NCBI RefSeq assembly: GCF_047607405.1
Contig: NZ_JASGDA010000088.1
Span: 2,341 to 66,340 of the forward strand
Length of the DNA: 64,000 nucleotides
Origin: Acidovorax sp.
GTDB taxonomy: Bacteria; Pseudomonadota; Gammaproteobacteria; Burkholderiales; Burkholderiaceae_C
Reading direction: 5' to 3'
Under the pieces are notes generated by a model that saw only the letters and a list, made by a program, of their open reading frames with translations, was not told the DNA's origin and did no database searches. Shown piece by piece: positions 22,829-31,983 of this stretch. The position numbers and the translations under genes are program-made. Numbering within the stretch: position 1 is the first letter of the stretch; each line of letters starts with the position of its first letter.

Positions 22829-25471
22829 TTGCTGCCACTTAGCCCACGCGCTTCCGTCATCCGCCAGTTGTCCCTGTCGATATGGGGGCTGTTTCTGGCC
22901 CTTCTGGTGCTGCTGTCGGTGCTGGGTTACACGGCGATGCGCATAGCGGCCAACCGCGTCGCCCCGGCCATCATCCAGCAGATCGTGCAGTTGCAGGCGC
23001 TGGCCAGCGAGGGGCTGTTCCTGCACGCAGAGCGCAGCGTGCAGCGCCTGAGGGAAGAACTGCTGCAGCGGCTGGACGGCGACAGCGACACGGCAGCCAC
23101 GCTGCGGCGCTTCGACACACTGTTCGAGCGCAGCGCCGACGGCCTGTGGCGCCTGCGCCCCGGCCTGGTGGACACCCAGCACGCACCCACGCTGTACCTG
23201 CACCACGGCCCCGCAGGCCCCGACGAGTCCACGCGCCGCCGCGCCGTCGCCAGCTTCGACCTGCTGCGCCAGCAGGGGCCTGCCATGGTGCCGCCGTTCT
23301 TTTCGGTGTACATGGACTTCGTCGAGGACGGGCTGATGGTCTATACCCGGGGCATCAATTGGGGCGCTGGCGCCGCAGGCGATGCCACCAATGCCAACTA
23401 CCCCACCATGCGCGGCGCCGACCCCAGGAACAACCCGCAGCGCACGGTGTTCTGGACGCCCGTGTATTACGACCAGCAGGCCAAGGCGTGGATGGTGTCG
23501 GTGATCCAGCCTTTCGACTGGCAGGGCCGCTGGGTCGGCACGCTGGGGCACGACCTGCCGGTCGATGCACTGATACGCATGGTGACCGAGACCGACCCGG
23601 ACGACGGCCTGCAGCTTATCCTGAGCGCGGACGGCGACCTCATCGCCCACCCCCACCTGCGCGAACGCATCGCGCAGACCGACGGGCAATTGCGCATCGC
23701 CACGCTGCAAGACCCCCTGCTCGACCAGATCCACGGCATGGTGACGCAGGCCCGCACCGACAGCGGCGCGGGCCTGAGCCCCGACGGCAGCCAGTGGGTG
23801 GCCTGGTCGCGCATCCACGGACCGGGCTGGTTCCGCGTGCAATTGCTGCCGCAATCGCGTGTGAACGGCTTTCTGATGTGCGGCCTGGCCGCGCTGTTCG
23901 CCATCGGCTTGCTCGGGCTGGTGCCCGTGCTGTGGCTGCTGCGCCGCCAAGTGGACACTTTGGTGCAGCACCCCCTGCAGCGCATCGCTCTGGCCGTGGA
24001 CGAACTGGGCGAGGGCCGCACCCCCACGCCGATCGGCGCGCACGGCGACGATGAACTGGGCCGCCTTGCCCGCGCATTCGACGGCATGGTGGCCGAACTG
24101 GACCAGCAGCGCACGCTGCAGGCCCACACCGCCGAACAACTGGCCTACCTGGCCGAGCGCGACGCGCTCACCGGTCTGTACAACCGCCGCCGCTTCGAGG
24201 ACGAACTGGCCCGCTTCTTCAAGGAGCGCGAACGCCGCCCGCGCGAAGGCGCCCTGCTGTTCCTCGACCTGGACGAATTCAAGTACATCAACGACACCTT
24301 CGGCCACCGCGCGGGCGACGCCATGCTGGTGCGCGTCACGGCCGAGGTGCGCGCCCTGGTGCGCGAGACCGAGGTGCTGGCGCGCCTGGGCGGCGACGAA
24401 TTCGCAGTGCTCATGCCCGACGCCACCGAGAGCGATGCGCGCAAGCTGGCCGAGCGCATCGTCCAGGCCATCGCGCAAATGCCGTTCAGCATCGGCGATC
24501 AGACCCTGCGGCTGACTGCCAGCCTGGGCATAGCCCACGTTCCCACGCACGCCGACAACGCCGAGGACCTGGTCGCGCACGCCGACGCCGCCATGTACCA
24601 GGCCAAGCACGCCGGCAAGAACCGCTGGTCCACCTACAGCCAGAACAGCGACGCCTCGTACGAAATGATCACCCGGCTGGCCTGGAACGACCGCATCGGC
24701 CACGCCCTCGACCATGGCCGGATGCGGCTGCACTACCAGGGGGTGTACCAGGCGGGCGGCAATGAACTGTCCCACCTGGAAGCGCTGATCCGCATGGTGG
24801 ACGATGCCGACACCGCCCGCCTGATCGCGCCCAGCGAGTTCATTGGCTACGCGGAAAAGAGCGGCAAGATCCTCGACATCGACCGCTGGGTCATCCGCCG
24901 CAGCATCGCGCAGTTGGCGCAATGCCCGCACCTGCCCGCCATCGCCATCAACATTTCGGGGCGCTCGTTCGACGACCCCGACCTGCCCCGCTACATCGCC
25001 GAACACCTGCAGTCGGCGAGCGTGGCCCCTTCGCGGCTGATCGTGGAGCTGACGGAAACCTCGGCCGTCTCCGACCTGCGCGACGCCGAGCGCTTCATCG
25101 ACGCGCTGCACCGCACGGGCTGCCACGTCTGCCTGGACGACTTCGGCACCGGCTTCGCCTCGTTCGCCTACCTCAAGCACCTGAAGGTGGACATCCTCAA
25201 GATCGACGGCCTGTTCATCCGCAACCTGCCGAGCGAGCGCGACAACCAGGTCTTCGTGCGCGCCATCATCGACGTGGCGCGCGGCCTGGGCAAGCGCACC
25301 GTGGCCGAGTTCGTCGAGAACCACGAGGTGCTGCTGATGCTGCAGGCGTTCGGCGTGGACATGGTGCAGGGCTACCACCTGGACAAGCCGCAGGAGAGGC
25401 ATCCGGCGCTCATGCAACCGCCTGGCGAGGAAGGCGGCTCGCATATACTCAGTGACTCCTTGCGGGTGTAG
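22829..25471 (+). CDS. membrane sensor protein with GGDEF diguanylate cyclase and EAL phosphodiesterase domains
   Basis: It has an N-terminal TM, a periplasmic region, a second TM, a HAMP-like segment, RLGGDEFAVLMPD, EALIRM and DDFGTGFASFAYL. The TTG start is uncertain. Confidence 0.88.
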   Translation: MLPLSPRASVIRQLSLSIWGLFLALLVLLSVLGYTAMRIAANRVAPAIIQQIVQLQALASEGLFLHAERSVQRLREELLQRLDGDSDTAATLRRFDTLFERSADGLWRLRPGLVDTQHAPTLYLHHGPAGPDESTRRRAVASFDLLRQQGPAMVPPFFSVYMDFVEDGLMVYTRGINWGAGAAGDATNANYPTMRGADPRNNPQRTVFWTPVYYDQQAKAWMVSVIQPFDWQGRWVGTLGHDLPVDALIRMVTETDPDDGLQLILSADGDLIAHPHLRERIAQTDGQLRIATLQDPLLDQIHGMVTQARTDSGAGLSPDGSQWVAWSRIHGPGWFRVQLLPQSRVNGFLMCGLAALFAIGLLGLVPVLWLLRRQVDTLVQHPLQRIALAVDELGEGRTPTPIGAHGDDELGRLARAFDGMVAELDQQRTLQAHTAEQLAYLAERDALTGLYNRRRFEDELARFFKERERRPREGALLFLDLDEFKYINDTFGHRAGDAMLVRVTAEVRALVRETEVLARLGGDEFAVLMPDATESDARKLAERIVQAIAQMPFSIGDQTLRLTASLGIAHVPTHADNAEDLVAHADAAMYQAKHAGKNRWSTYSQNSDASYEMITRLAWNDRIGHALDHGRMRLHYQGVYQAGGNELSHLEALIRMVDDADTARLIAPSEFIGYAEKSGKILDIDRWVIRRSIAQLAQCPHLPAIAINISGRSFDDPDLPRYIAEHLQSASVAPSRLIVELTETSAVSDLRDAERFIDALHRTGCHVCLDDFGTGFASFAYLKHLKVDILKIDGLFIRNLPSERDNQVFVRAIIDVARGLGKRTVAEFVENHEVLLMLQAFGVDMVQGYHLDKPQERHPALMQPPGEEGGSHILSDSLRV

Positions 25472-25535
25472 TTCAATGGTAGAACGGCAGCTTCCCAAGC
25501 TTCATACGAGGGTTCGATTCCCTTCACCCGCTCCA
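25462..25535 (+). tRNA. tRNA-Gly (anticodon CCC)
   Basis: It folds by hand as a cloverleaf: acceptor GCGGGTG/CACCCGC, anticodon loop TTCCCAA, TPsiC GGTTCGATTCC, and an encoded CCA. There is one C-U mismatch in the anticodon stem. Confidence 0.88.
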
Positions 25536-25567
25536 GATTAGCCTTTCACGGCATCCCACAACACGTC

Positions 25568-25603
25568 AAAACCCGCATGTTCCTAGGCATGCGGGTTTTT
25601 TCT
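25568..25603 (+). terminator. intrinsic terminator after tRNA-Gly
   Basis: The stem is CCCGCATG / CATGCGGG with an 8-nt loop, followed by TTTTTT. Confidence 0.8.
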
Positions 25604-25762
25604 TGTGTCACACCATGCCACTACCTGCCGCAACATACCGTCAATTTGTCGGTACTTTTGGCGGTATCTCGTACCATGGCGATACCAGATACTGTCAAAG
25701 GTATCCATCGCACATGCCCTTTCTCGGAGGCAAATGTGTCAACGCAGATCAGGACGGGGCAC

Positions 25763-25803
25763 GGAAAAGAAAAAGGACCTAGCCCCTTGCGAAGCTAAGT
25801 CCT
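25763..25803 (-). terminator. intrinsic terminator after tRNA-Pro
   Basis: The minus strand has AGGACTTAG ... CTAGGTCCT followed by TTTTCTTTTCC. Confidence 0.65.
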
Positions 25804-25812
25804 TGATATAAA

Positions 25813-25889
25813 TGGTCGGCGTGGCGGGATTCGAACTCGCGACCCCTTGCACCCCATGCAAGTGCGCTACCAGGCTGCGCTACACGCCG
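25813..25889 (-). tRNA. tRNA-Pro (anticodon GGG)
   Basis: The minus strand reads CGGCGTGTAGCGCAGCCTGGTAGCGCACTTGCATGGGGTGCAAGGGGTCGCGAGTTCGAATCCCGCCACGCCGACCA, with anticodon loop ATGGGGT. Confidence 0.9.
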
Positions 25890-25900
25890 ACAAGCCTTAG

Positions 25901-25906
25901 ATTATA
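25901..25906 (-). promoter_or_regulatory. putative -10 box (TATAAT) for tRNA-Pro
   Basis: The TATAAT ends 11 nt upstream of the mature 5' end. It sits inside a 20-nt block that is nearly identical to the one upstream of tRNA-Asn at 43730-43750. The -35 is unclear. Confidence 0.45.
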
Positions 25907-25919
25907 TGCGGGAAAAAGC

Positions 25920-26351
25920 TCAGTTCGGAGAAAGCAGAGCGCGAATTTCAAATAATTCCCTGCGCACCGCATTGGGGTCGAGCGCGAAGCCCAGTGCGTC
26001 GATCGACAGATCGCCGCGTGCGCTGTCCAGCAGGATGCTGGGCAGTTCGGTGGCTTGCGCCTCGGCCTCGACCGCCGCCTCGTCACGCGCGGGGTGCGCC
26101 AGTTCTTGCAGCCGGTTGCGCGCGCCGCTGATGGTGAAGCCCTGGTCGTACAGCAGGTCGCGGATGCGGCGGATCATCAGCACCTCGTGGTGCTGGTAGT
26201 AGCGCCGGTTGCCGCGCCGCTTCATGGGGCGCAGCTGCGTGAACTCCTGCTCCCAATAGCGCAGCACGTGGGGCTTGACGCCGCACAGCTCCGCCACCTC
26301 GCCGATGGTGAAATAGCGCTTGGCAGGGATGGATGGAAGGAGGGTGCCCAT
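25920..26351 (-). CDS. MerR family transcriptional regulator
   Basis: It reads YFTIGEVAELCGVKPHVLRYWEQEF. It lies downstream of ihfA, the usual arrangement in betaproteobacteria. Confidence 0.85.
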   Translation of the reverse strand: MGTLLPSIPAKRYFTIGEVAELCGVKPHVLRYWEQEFTQLRPMKRRGNRRYYQHHEVLMIRRIRDLLYDQGFTISGARNRLQELAHPARDEAAVEAEAQATELPSILLDSARGDLSIDALGFALDPNAVRRELFEIRALLSPN

Positions 26352-26456
26352 GAAATGCTGCAGGTTCAGGCCGGAAAACCATCAAGGGTACTGCGGACCC
26401 GCGAAGACCGCCAGCGGCGCAGTCACAAAATTTGCACAATTTCATGGTTGACTGCG

Positions 26457-26804
26457 TCAGCCAGCCGTGTTTTGGATTTGCTCCTTGAGCTTGCTCCTGG
26501 CGTGAAAGGTGACCACGCGCCGCGCCTTGATCGGGATGGCCTCGCCCGTGCGCGGGTTGCGCCCGGGGCGCGGGGCCTTGGTGCGGATCTGGAAGTTGCC
26601 GAAGCCAGAGAGCTTCACGTCCTTGCCTTCCACCAGGCTCTGCGAGATGAGGTCGAAGAAGGCGTCGATCATGTCCTTGGACTCGCGCTTGTTCAGCCCG
26701 ATCTGGTCGAACAGCAGGTCGGCCAGCTGCGCCTTGGTGAGTGCCGGGGATTCCAGGCTTTCGACGGCGAATTCGATCATGGCATCGGTTCCCTTCAGGT
26801 TCAT
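26457..26804 (-). CDS. ihfA: integration host factor subunit alpha
   Basis: It contains [29 protein letters not shown]...[12 protein letters not shown]. The start at 26804 overlaps the pheT stop (TGATG). An alternative ATG is at 26780. Confidence 0.9.
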   Translation of the reverse strand: MNLKGTDAMIEFAVESLESPALTKAQLADLLFDQIGLNKRESKDMIDAFFDLISQSLVEGKDVKLSGFGNFQIRTKAPRPGRNPRTGEAIPIKARRVVTFHARSKLKEQIQNTAG

Positions 26805-29251
26805 CACATGCGCAGCCGCGCGCCGGTGCGCCGGGCCAGTTGCGCCACCACGGCCTGTACGGCGGCGTCGATCTCCGCCTCGGTCAGCGTGGCCTCGTCG
26901 CGCGCCAGGGTCAGGCGCACGGCCAGGCTTTTCTCGCCCTGCGCAAGGCTGCCCGCCGGGGCTTCTTCGCCCGCGCGCAGCGGCTTGGGACGGTACACGT
27001 CGAACAGCACGGCCGAGCGCAGCATGCCGCCGTGTACCGCTTGTTCGACGGCCGCCATGATGTCGGCATGCGTGACGCGCTCGGACACGACCACGGCGAT
27101 GTCGCGCTCCACGGCCTGGTGCTTGGCGACGGGTTTGAACTGCGGCACGGCGCGCTGCAGCACGGCGTCCAGCTCCAGCTCGAACATCACGGGGGCCTGG
27201 GGCAAGTCCCAGGACTGGCGCCACTGCGGGTGCAGTTCGCCCACGAAGCCGATGGCGCGCTCGCCCAGCAGCACGCGCGCGCAGCGGCCCGGATGCATGG
27301 CCGGGTGCATGGCGGGCTCGAATCTGGCTTGCAACGGAGCCAGCAATGCCTCCACGTCGCCCTTCACGTCGAAGAAGTCGATGGGCTGGTCCTTGCGGCC
27401 CCATTGCAGCGCATCGGTCGGGCCGCAGGCCAGGCCCGCCACGCGCATGGGCTGGTGGAAGCCCTCGACGGTGGTGTCGGTGTTTTGCACGCCCGCGTCG
27501 CGCAGGAACACACGGCCCAGCTCGAACACGCGCACGCGCTGGGCCTTGCGGTCCACGTTGAATTTCAAAACTTGTAGCAATGAACCCAGCAAGGACGAGC
27601 GCATGACGCTCATTTGGCTTGCAATCGGGTTGAGCAGCTTGATGGGCTGGGCGTTGGCGGCCAGTTCGTGCTCCCAGCGCTCCTCGACGAAGCTGAAGTT
27701 GATCGTCTCCTGGTAGCCCAGGCCCGCAAGCCGACGGCGCACGGCGAAGGGACTGCGCGTGGCCTCGGGTGCGAGTTTGGGCGTGATGGGCGCGAGCGGC
27801 GGCGTGGTGGGCAGGTGGTTGTAGCCCACCATGCGCGCGACTTCCTCGATCAAATCTTCTTCGATGGTGAGGTCGAAGCGGTACGCGGGCGGCGCGACGG
27901 TCACCGTGCCATCGCCCTCTTGCACCGGCAGGCCCAGGCCGCGCAGCGCGTTGGCGCACTGCGCCTGCGTGAGCGGCATGCCGATGACCTTGGCCGCGCG
28001 CGCCACGCGCAACGTGACGGGCTGGGGCGCGGGCAGGTTGACGACCTGGTCGTCCATGGGGCCGCAGGCCGTGTCGGGCGTGCCGCAGATGTCGATGACG
28101 AGTTGCGTGATGCGCTCGATGTGCTCCACCGTCAGGCTGGGATCGACGCCGCGCTCGAAGCGGTGGCCCGCGTCGGTGGAGAAGTTGTAGCGGCGCGAGC
28201 GCCCCGCGACGGCCTTGGGCCACCAGAAGGCGGCTTCGATGTAGATGTGCTTGGTGTCGTCAGAGACGGCGGTCGCGTCGCCGCCCATGATGCCTGCCAG
28301 CGATTCGACTTGGGCAGCGTCGGCGATCACGCCCACCTTTTCATCGACGGTGATGGTGTTGCCGTTGAGCAGCTTGAGCTGCTCACCTGCCCTGCCCCAG
28401 CGGACTTGCAGGCCGCCGTGGATCTTGTCCAGGTCGAAGATGTGCGACGGGCGCCCAAACTCGAACATCACGTAGTTGGAGATGTCCACCAGCGGCGACA
28501 CGCCCCGCTGGCCGCAGCGCGCAAGGCGGTCGAGCATCCATTGCGGCGTTTGGGCGCGCGTGTTCACGTTGCGCACGATGCGGCCCGAGAAGCGGCCGCA
28601 CAGGTCGGTGGCGCTGACCTTGACGGGCAGCACGTCGGCCAGCGTGGACTTCACTGCGGGGAACGTCGGCTGCTTCAAGGGCGCACCCGTCAGCGCAGAC
28701 ACTTCGCGGGCGATGCCATAGACGCTCAGGCAGTGCGCGAGGTTGGGCGTGAGCTTGAGGGTGAACAGCGTGTCGTCCAGGTTCAGGTGCGTGCGGATGT
28801 CCTGCCCCACGGGCGCCGAAGCATCCAGCTCCAGCAGGCCGCCGTGGTCTTCCGACAGCTTGAGTTCACGCGCCGAGCACAGCATGCCCTGGCTTTCCAC
28901 GCCGCGCAGCTTGCCAACCTTGATGCGAAAGGGCTTGCCGTCGTCGCCCGGCGGCAGCTCGGCCCCCACCAGCGCGCACGGCACCTTGATGCCAACGCGG
29001 GCATTGGGCGCGCCGCACACGATGTTGAGCAAGGCCCCCTGCCCCACGTCCACCTGGCACACGCGCAAGCGGTCGGCGTCGGGGTGCTGCACGGCTTCCT
29101 TGATTTCGCCCACGACGATGTGCGTGAACGGCGGGGCCACGGGGCGCAGCTCTTCGACTTCCAGGCCCGCCATGGTCAGGGTGTCGGCCAGTTCTTGGGT
29201 GCTCAGCGGCGGGTTGCAGAATTCGCGCAACCAGGACTCGGGGAATTGCAT
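26804..29251 (-). CDS. pheT: phenylalanine--tRNA ligase subunit beta
   Basis: It is an 815-aa ORF starting [14 protein letters not shown], with canonical PheT features. Confidence 0.96.
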   Translation of the reverse strand: MQFPESWLREFCNPPLSTQELADTLTMAGLEVEELRPVAPPFTHIVVGEIKEAVQHPDADRLRVCQVDVGQGALLNIVCGAPNARVGIKVPCALVGAELPPGDDGKPFRIKVGKLRGVESQGMLCSARELKLSEDHGGLLELDASAPVGQDIRTHLNLDDTLFTLKLTPNLAHCLSVYGIAREVSALTGAPLKQPTFPAVKSTLADVLPVKVSATDLCGRFSGRIVRNVNTRAQTPQWMLDRLARCGQRGVSPLVDISNYVMFEFGRPSHIFDLDKIHGGLQVRWGRAGEQLKLLNGNTITVDEKVGVIADAAQVESLAGIMGGDATAVSDDTKHIYIEAAFWWPKAVAGRSRRYNFSTDAGHRFERGVDPSLTVEHIERITQLVIDICGTPDTACGPMDDQVVNLPAPQPVTLRVARAAKVIGMPLTQAQCANALRGLGLPVQEGDGTVTVAPPAYRFDLTIEEDLIEEVARMVGYNHLPTTPPLAPITPKLAPEATRSPFAVRRRLAGLGYQETINFSFVEERWEHELAANAQPIKLLNPIASQMSVMRSSLLGSLLQVLKFNVDRKAQRVRVFELGRVFLRDAGVQNTDTTVEGFHQPMRVAGLACGPTDALQWGRKDQPIDFFDVKGDVEALLAPLQARFEPAMHPAMHPGRCARVLLGERAIGFVGELHPQWRQSWDLPQAPVMFELELDAVLQRAVPQFKPVAKHQAVERDIAVVVSERVTHADIMAAVEQAVHGGMLRSAVLFDVYRPKPLRAGEEAPAGSLAQGEKSLAVRLTLARDEATLTEAEIDAAVQAVVAQLARRTGARLRM

Positions 29252-29283
29252 AGTGTGTGGTGGATTCTTGACGGTTGCTCTTG

Positions 29284-29373
29284 AAAAGTGAGCAGATAGC
29301 GCCTGTCTATCCTTGGTTTCAATATGAAAACATGCTGAAAGCCAATGGAATCAGGCGCTGGCAGCTCACTTTT
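29284..29373. repeat. ~90-bp imperfect palindrome related to the GATAGC repeat family (copy E)
   Basis: The outer arms are AAAAGTGAGC / GCTCACTTTT and the inner arms GATAGCGCCTG / CAGGCGCTGGC. It fills the pheT-pheS spacer. Confidence 0.6.
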
Positions 29374-29378
29374 TTGAA

Positions 29379-30431
29379 TTACTGGAACTGCGACAGGAAG
29401 CGGATGTCGCCGTCGAAGAACAGGCGCAGGTCGTTCACGCCATAGCGCAACATGGTCAGCCGGTCGGGCCCCATGCCGAAGGCGAAGCCGATGTACTTTT
29501 CAGGGTCGAGCCCCATGTTGCGCACGACGTTGGGGTGGACTTGCCCACTGCCCGCCACCTCCAGCCAGCGGCCCGCCAGCGGCCCGGTCTGGAACTGGAT
29601 GTCGATCTCAGCGCTCGGCTCGGTGAAGGGGAAGAAGCTGGGGCGAAAGCGCAGCACCAGGTCGTCGCTTTCAAAGAACGTGCGGCAGAAGTCGGTGAAC
29701 ACGACCTTCAGGTCCTTGAAGCTCACGTTCTCGCCAATCCACAAACCCTCGCACTGGTGGAACATGGGCGAGTGCGTGGCGTCGCTGTCCACGCGGTAGG
29801 TGCGGCCCGGGGCGATGACGCGGATCTCGGGCATGGGCTGGCCGGCATCCAGCAGCGCGCGGTGCGTCTTGACGTGCTGCACCGCGTGGCGGATCTGCAT
29901 GGGGCTGGTGTGCGTGCGCAGCAGGTTGGGGGCGGTGGCGGTGCCGCCCTCCACGTAGAAGGTGTCGTGCATGGAACGCGCGGGGTGGTCCTCGGGCGTG
30001 TTCAGCGCGGTGAAGTTGAACCAGTCGGTCTCGATCTCGGGGCCCTCGGCCACGTCGAAACCCATGGAGCCGAAGATGCCCTGGATGCGCTCCAGCGTGA
30101 GCGACACGGGGTGCAGCCCGCCCTGCCCGCGCTGGCGGCCCGGCAGGCTCACGTCCAGCGCCTCGGCCTTCAACTGCGCTTGCAATTCAGCGTCGGCGAG
30201 CTGCTGGCGGCGCGCGGTCAGAGCGGCCTCGATGGCCTGTTTGGCCACGTTGATGGCGGCGCCACGGGACTTCTTCTCGTCCACCGACAGCTGGGCCATG
30301 CCCTTCATGAGTTCCGTCACGCGGCCCGACTTGCCCAGAAACTGCGCCTTGGCGTTTTCCAGCTCGGCGGGGGTGGCGCTTTGCGCGAACAGTTGCGCCG
30401 CGCTCTCGACCAGGGAATCCAACTCGTTCAT
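29379..30431 (-). CDS. pheS: phenylalanine--tRNA ligase subunit alpha
   Basis: It is a 350-aa ORF with the [11 protein letters not shown] and [14 protein letters not shown] motifs. Confidence 0.96.
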   Translation of the reverse strand: MNELDSLVESAAQLFAQSATPAELENAKAQFLGKSGRVTELMKGMAQLSVDEKKSRGAAINVAKQAIEAALTARRQQLADAELQAQLKAEALDVSLPGRQRGQGGLHPVSLTLERIQGIFGSMGFDVAEGPEIETDWFNFTALNTPEDHPARSMHDTFYVEGGTATAPNLLRTHTSPMQIRHAVQHVKTHRALLDAGQPMPEIRVIAPGRTYRVDSDATHSPMFHQCEGLWIGENVSFKDLKVVFTDFCRTFFESDDLVLRFRPSFFPFTEPSAEIDIQFQTGPLAGRWLEVAGSGQVHPNVVRNMGLDPEKYIGFAFGMGPDRLTMLRYGVNDLRLFFDGDIRFLSQFQ

Positions 30432-30452
30432 ACCGACTCTTTATCGACTCGT

Positions 30453-30494
30453 GAAAATAAACAAGGGCTAGCGCCTTTTCAAGCCCTAGCCCTT
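30453..30494 (-). terminator. terminator-like hairpin between rplT and pheS
   Basis: The minus strand has AAGGGCTAG, a 14-nt loop, CTAGCCCTT, then GTTTATTTTC. It ends 21 nt before the pheS ATG. Confidence 0.5.
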
Positions 30495-30524
30495 GCTGTT
30501 ATTGCGCAAGCAGCTATCAAAACG
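30463..30524 (-). repeat. GATAGCTG repeat, copy F (variant 3' half)
   Basis: The minus strand reads TTTTGATAGCTGCTTGCGCAATAACAGCAAGGGCTAGGGCTTGAAAAGGCGCTAGCCCTT. Confidence 0.65.
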
Positions 30525-30542
30525 ATAGCCGCTATCGTGAAC

Positions 30543-30905
30543 TCAAGCAGCAGCCAGCTTGGCCTTGACTTGTTCCACGATGCTGCCGAAGGCAGCCTTG
30601 TCGTGTACCGCGAGGTCGGCCAGCATCTTGCGGTCGATCTGGATGGACGCCTTCTTCAGGCCGTTGGTGAACTGGCTGTAGGTCAGGCCCAGTTCGCGCG
30701 AAGCGGCGTTGATACGGGCAATCCACAGTTGGCGGAACACGCGCTTCTTGGTGCGGCGGTCACGGTAGGCGTATTGCCCAGCCTTCATCACCGCCTGCTT
30801 GGCGATGCGGAAGACGTTACCGCGGCGACCACGGAAGCCCTTGGCAAGGGCGAGAACTTTCTTGTGACGGGCGCGGGCCGTTACACCACGTTTGACGCGA
30901 GGCAT
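30543..30905 (-). CDS. rplT: 50S ribosomal protein L20
   Basis: It starts [28 protein letters not shown]. Confidence 0.97.
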   Translation of the reverse strand: MPRVKRGVTARARHKKVLALAKGFRGRRGNVFRIAKQAVMKAGQYAYRDRRTKKRVFRQLWIARINAASRELGLTYSQFTNGLKKASIQIDRKMLADLAVHDKAAFGSIVEQVKAKLAAA

Positions 30906-30930
30906 GTGTGTACTCCTTGTTCGTCGTTAA

Positions 30931-31134
30931 TTACAGGCCAGCACCGGGCAGCATCTGCGCCATGTGACCCATGTTGGTCTCATGCACAGCCACTGCGCCA
31001 CGCAGGTGACGCTTGTTCTTGGTGGTCTTCTTGGTCAAGATGTGACGCTTGAAGGCTTGACCGCGCTTGACGGCGCCACCGGGACGAACGCGGAAACGCT
31101 TTTTCGCGCTGCTCTTGGTCTTCATTTTGGGCAT
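30931..31134 (-). CDS. rpmI: 50S ribosomal protein L35
   Basis: It starts [20 protein letters not shown]. The start was trimmed from track ORF 30931..31212. Confidence 0.95.
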   Translation of the reverse strand: MPKMKTKSSAKKRFRVRPGGAVKRGQAFKRHILTKKTTKNKRHLRGAVAVHETNMGHMAQMLPGAGL

Positions 31135-31271
31135 GTGAATGCTCCTTTGTTTGTGCTCGTGAGGCGTTTGCGCTGAATGCGCAACCTTGTTGGCCCCGAG
31201 ACACTTCTTCATCTGCCAGCGCCCCTTGCCAAAGCACGGGCCGCCAGCGGATTCCTTGCTATCTATCTCAC

Positions 31272-31895
31272 TCAGGCTGCCGGAGCAGCCGGAGCAGCCG
31301 GAGCAGCCGCAGCACCCGAACCAGCTTCCGCCGCTGGCTTGCCAGCGGGCTTCTTCTTGCCAGGCGCGATCATCATGATCATCTGGCGGCCTTCCAGCTT
31401 CGGGAACTGCTCGACGAGGATGGTGTCACCCAGGTCGTCGCGGATGCGGTTGAGCAGCGCCAAACCCAGCTCCTGGTGCGTGATCTCGCGGCCACGGAAG
31501 CGCAGCGTGATCTTGCACTTGTCGCCATCGGCCAAAAAGCGGCGGATGTTGCGCAGCTTGATGTTGTAGTCGCCATCGTCCGTGCCGGGGCGGAATTTGA
31601 CTTCCTTGATCTCGATGACCGTCTGCTTGGCCTTGGCCTCGGCGGCGCGCTTTTGCTCCTGGTACTTGAACTTTCCGTAGTCCATGAGACGGCATACGGG
31701 CGGGTTCGCCGTGGCGGCGATTTCGACCAGGTCCACATCCAGCTCGCCCGCCATGCGCAGGGCTTCCATGAGGCTGACGACGCCCAGGGGCTCGTTGTCA
31801 GGACCCGAGAGGCGAACCTCGGGGGCCATGATTTCACGGTTCAGGCGGTGCTTGCGCTCCTCGCGCTGGCGACGATCACGAAATTCAGTAGCGAT
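31272..31895 (-). CDS. infC: translation initiation factor IF-3 (non-AUG start)
   Basis: The in-frame extension upstream of the track ORF reads [37 protein letters not shown] lies 6 nt before an ATC at 31895, and an ATA is at 31901. Confidence 0.85.
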   Translation of the reverse strand: MATEFRDRRQREERKHRLNREIMAPEVRLSGPDNEPLGVVSLMEALRMAGELDVDLVEIAATANPPVCRLMDYGKFKYQEQKRAAEAKAKQTVIEIKEVKFRPGTDDGDYNIKLRNIRRFLADGDKCKITLRFRGREITHQELGLALLNRIRDDLGDTILVEQFPKLEGRQMIMMIAPGKKKPAGKPAAEAGSGAAAAPAAPAAPAA

Positions 31896-31983
31896 GGCTA
31901 TCTTCCTTCAATCAAAACACTACAAACTCTGTAGCAACAACCGCGCATCTGGCATGCGCCAAAGCATGTTTTCATGAAAAGAA

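Noticed and set aside
25462-25535. tRNA-Gly as a pseudogene because of a C-U mismatch in the anticodon stem and a G-U pair in the TPsiC stem.
   Set aside because: The acceptor stem, D arm, anticodon loop, TPsiC loop and CCA end are all canonical. It closely resembles the E. coli glyU-type tRNA as I recall it, and a single stem mismatch is tolerable.
25577-25811. Small ORFs (73 and 68 aa) between tRNA-Gly and tRNA-Pro.
   Set aside because: They have no RBS, they overlap both terminator hairpins, their composition is atypical, and I recognise no protein features.
25462-25889. A genomic island or prophage integrated at the tRNA-Gly, tRNA-Pro or tRNA-Asn genes.
   Set aside because: There is no integrase or mobility gene, and I found no direct repeat of a tRNA 3' end. 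The flanking genes are ordinary chromosomal genes.
30432-30542. A pheM-like Phe-rich leader peptide upstream of pheS.
   Set aside because: There is no ATG/GTG/TTG-initiated mini-ORF with Phe codons in the 111-nt spacer. Only the repeat-borne hairpin is present.
31215-31270. The infC-rpmI spacer (minus strand GAGATAGATAGCAAGGAATCCGCTGGCGGCC) as another repeat copy.
   Set aside because: The match is limited to GATAGC and a GCGCCAGCGGCC-like block with different spacing. The region may instead be the L20 translational operator upstream of rpmI. I left it uncalled.
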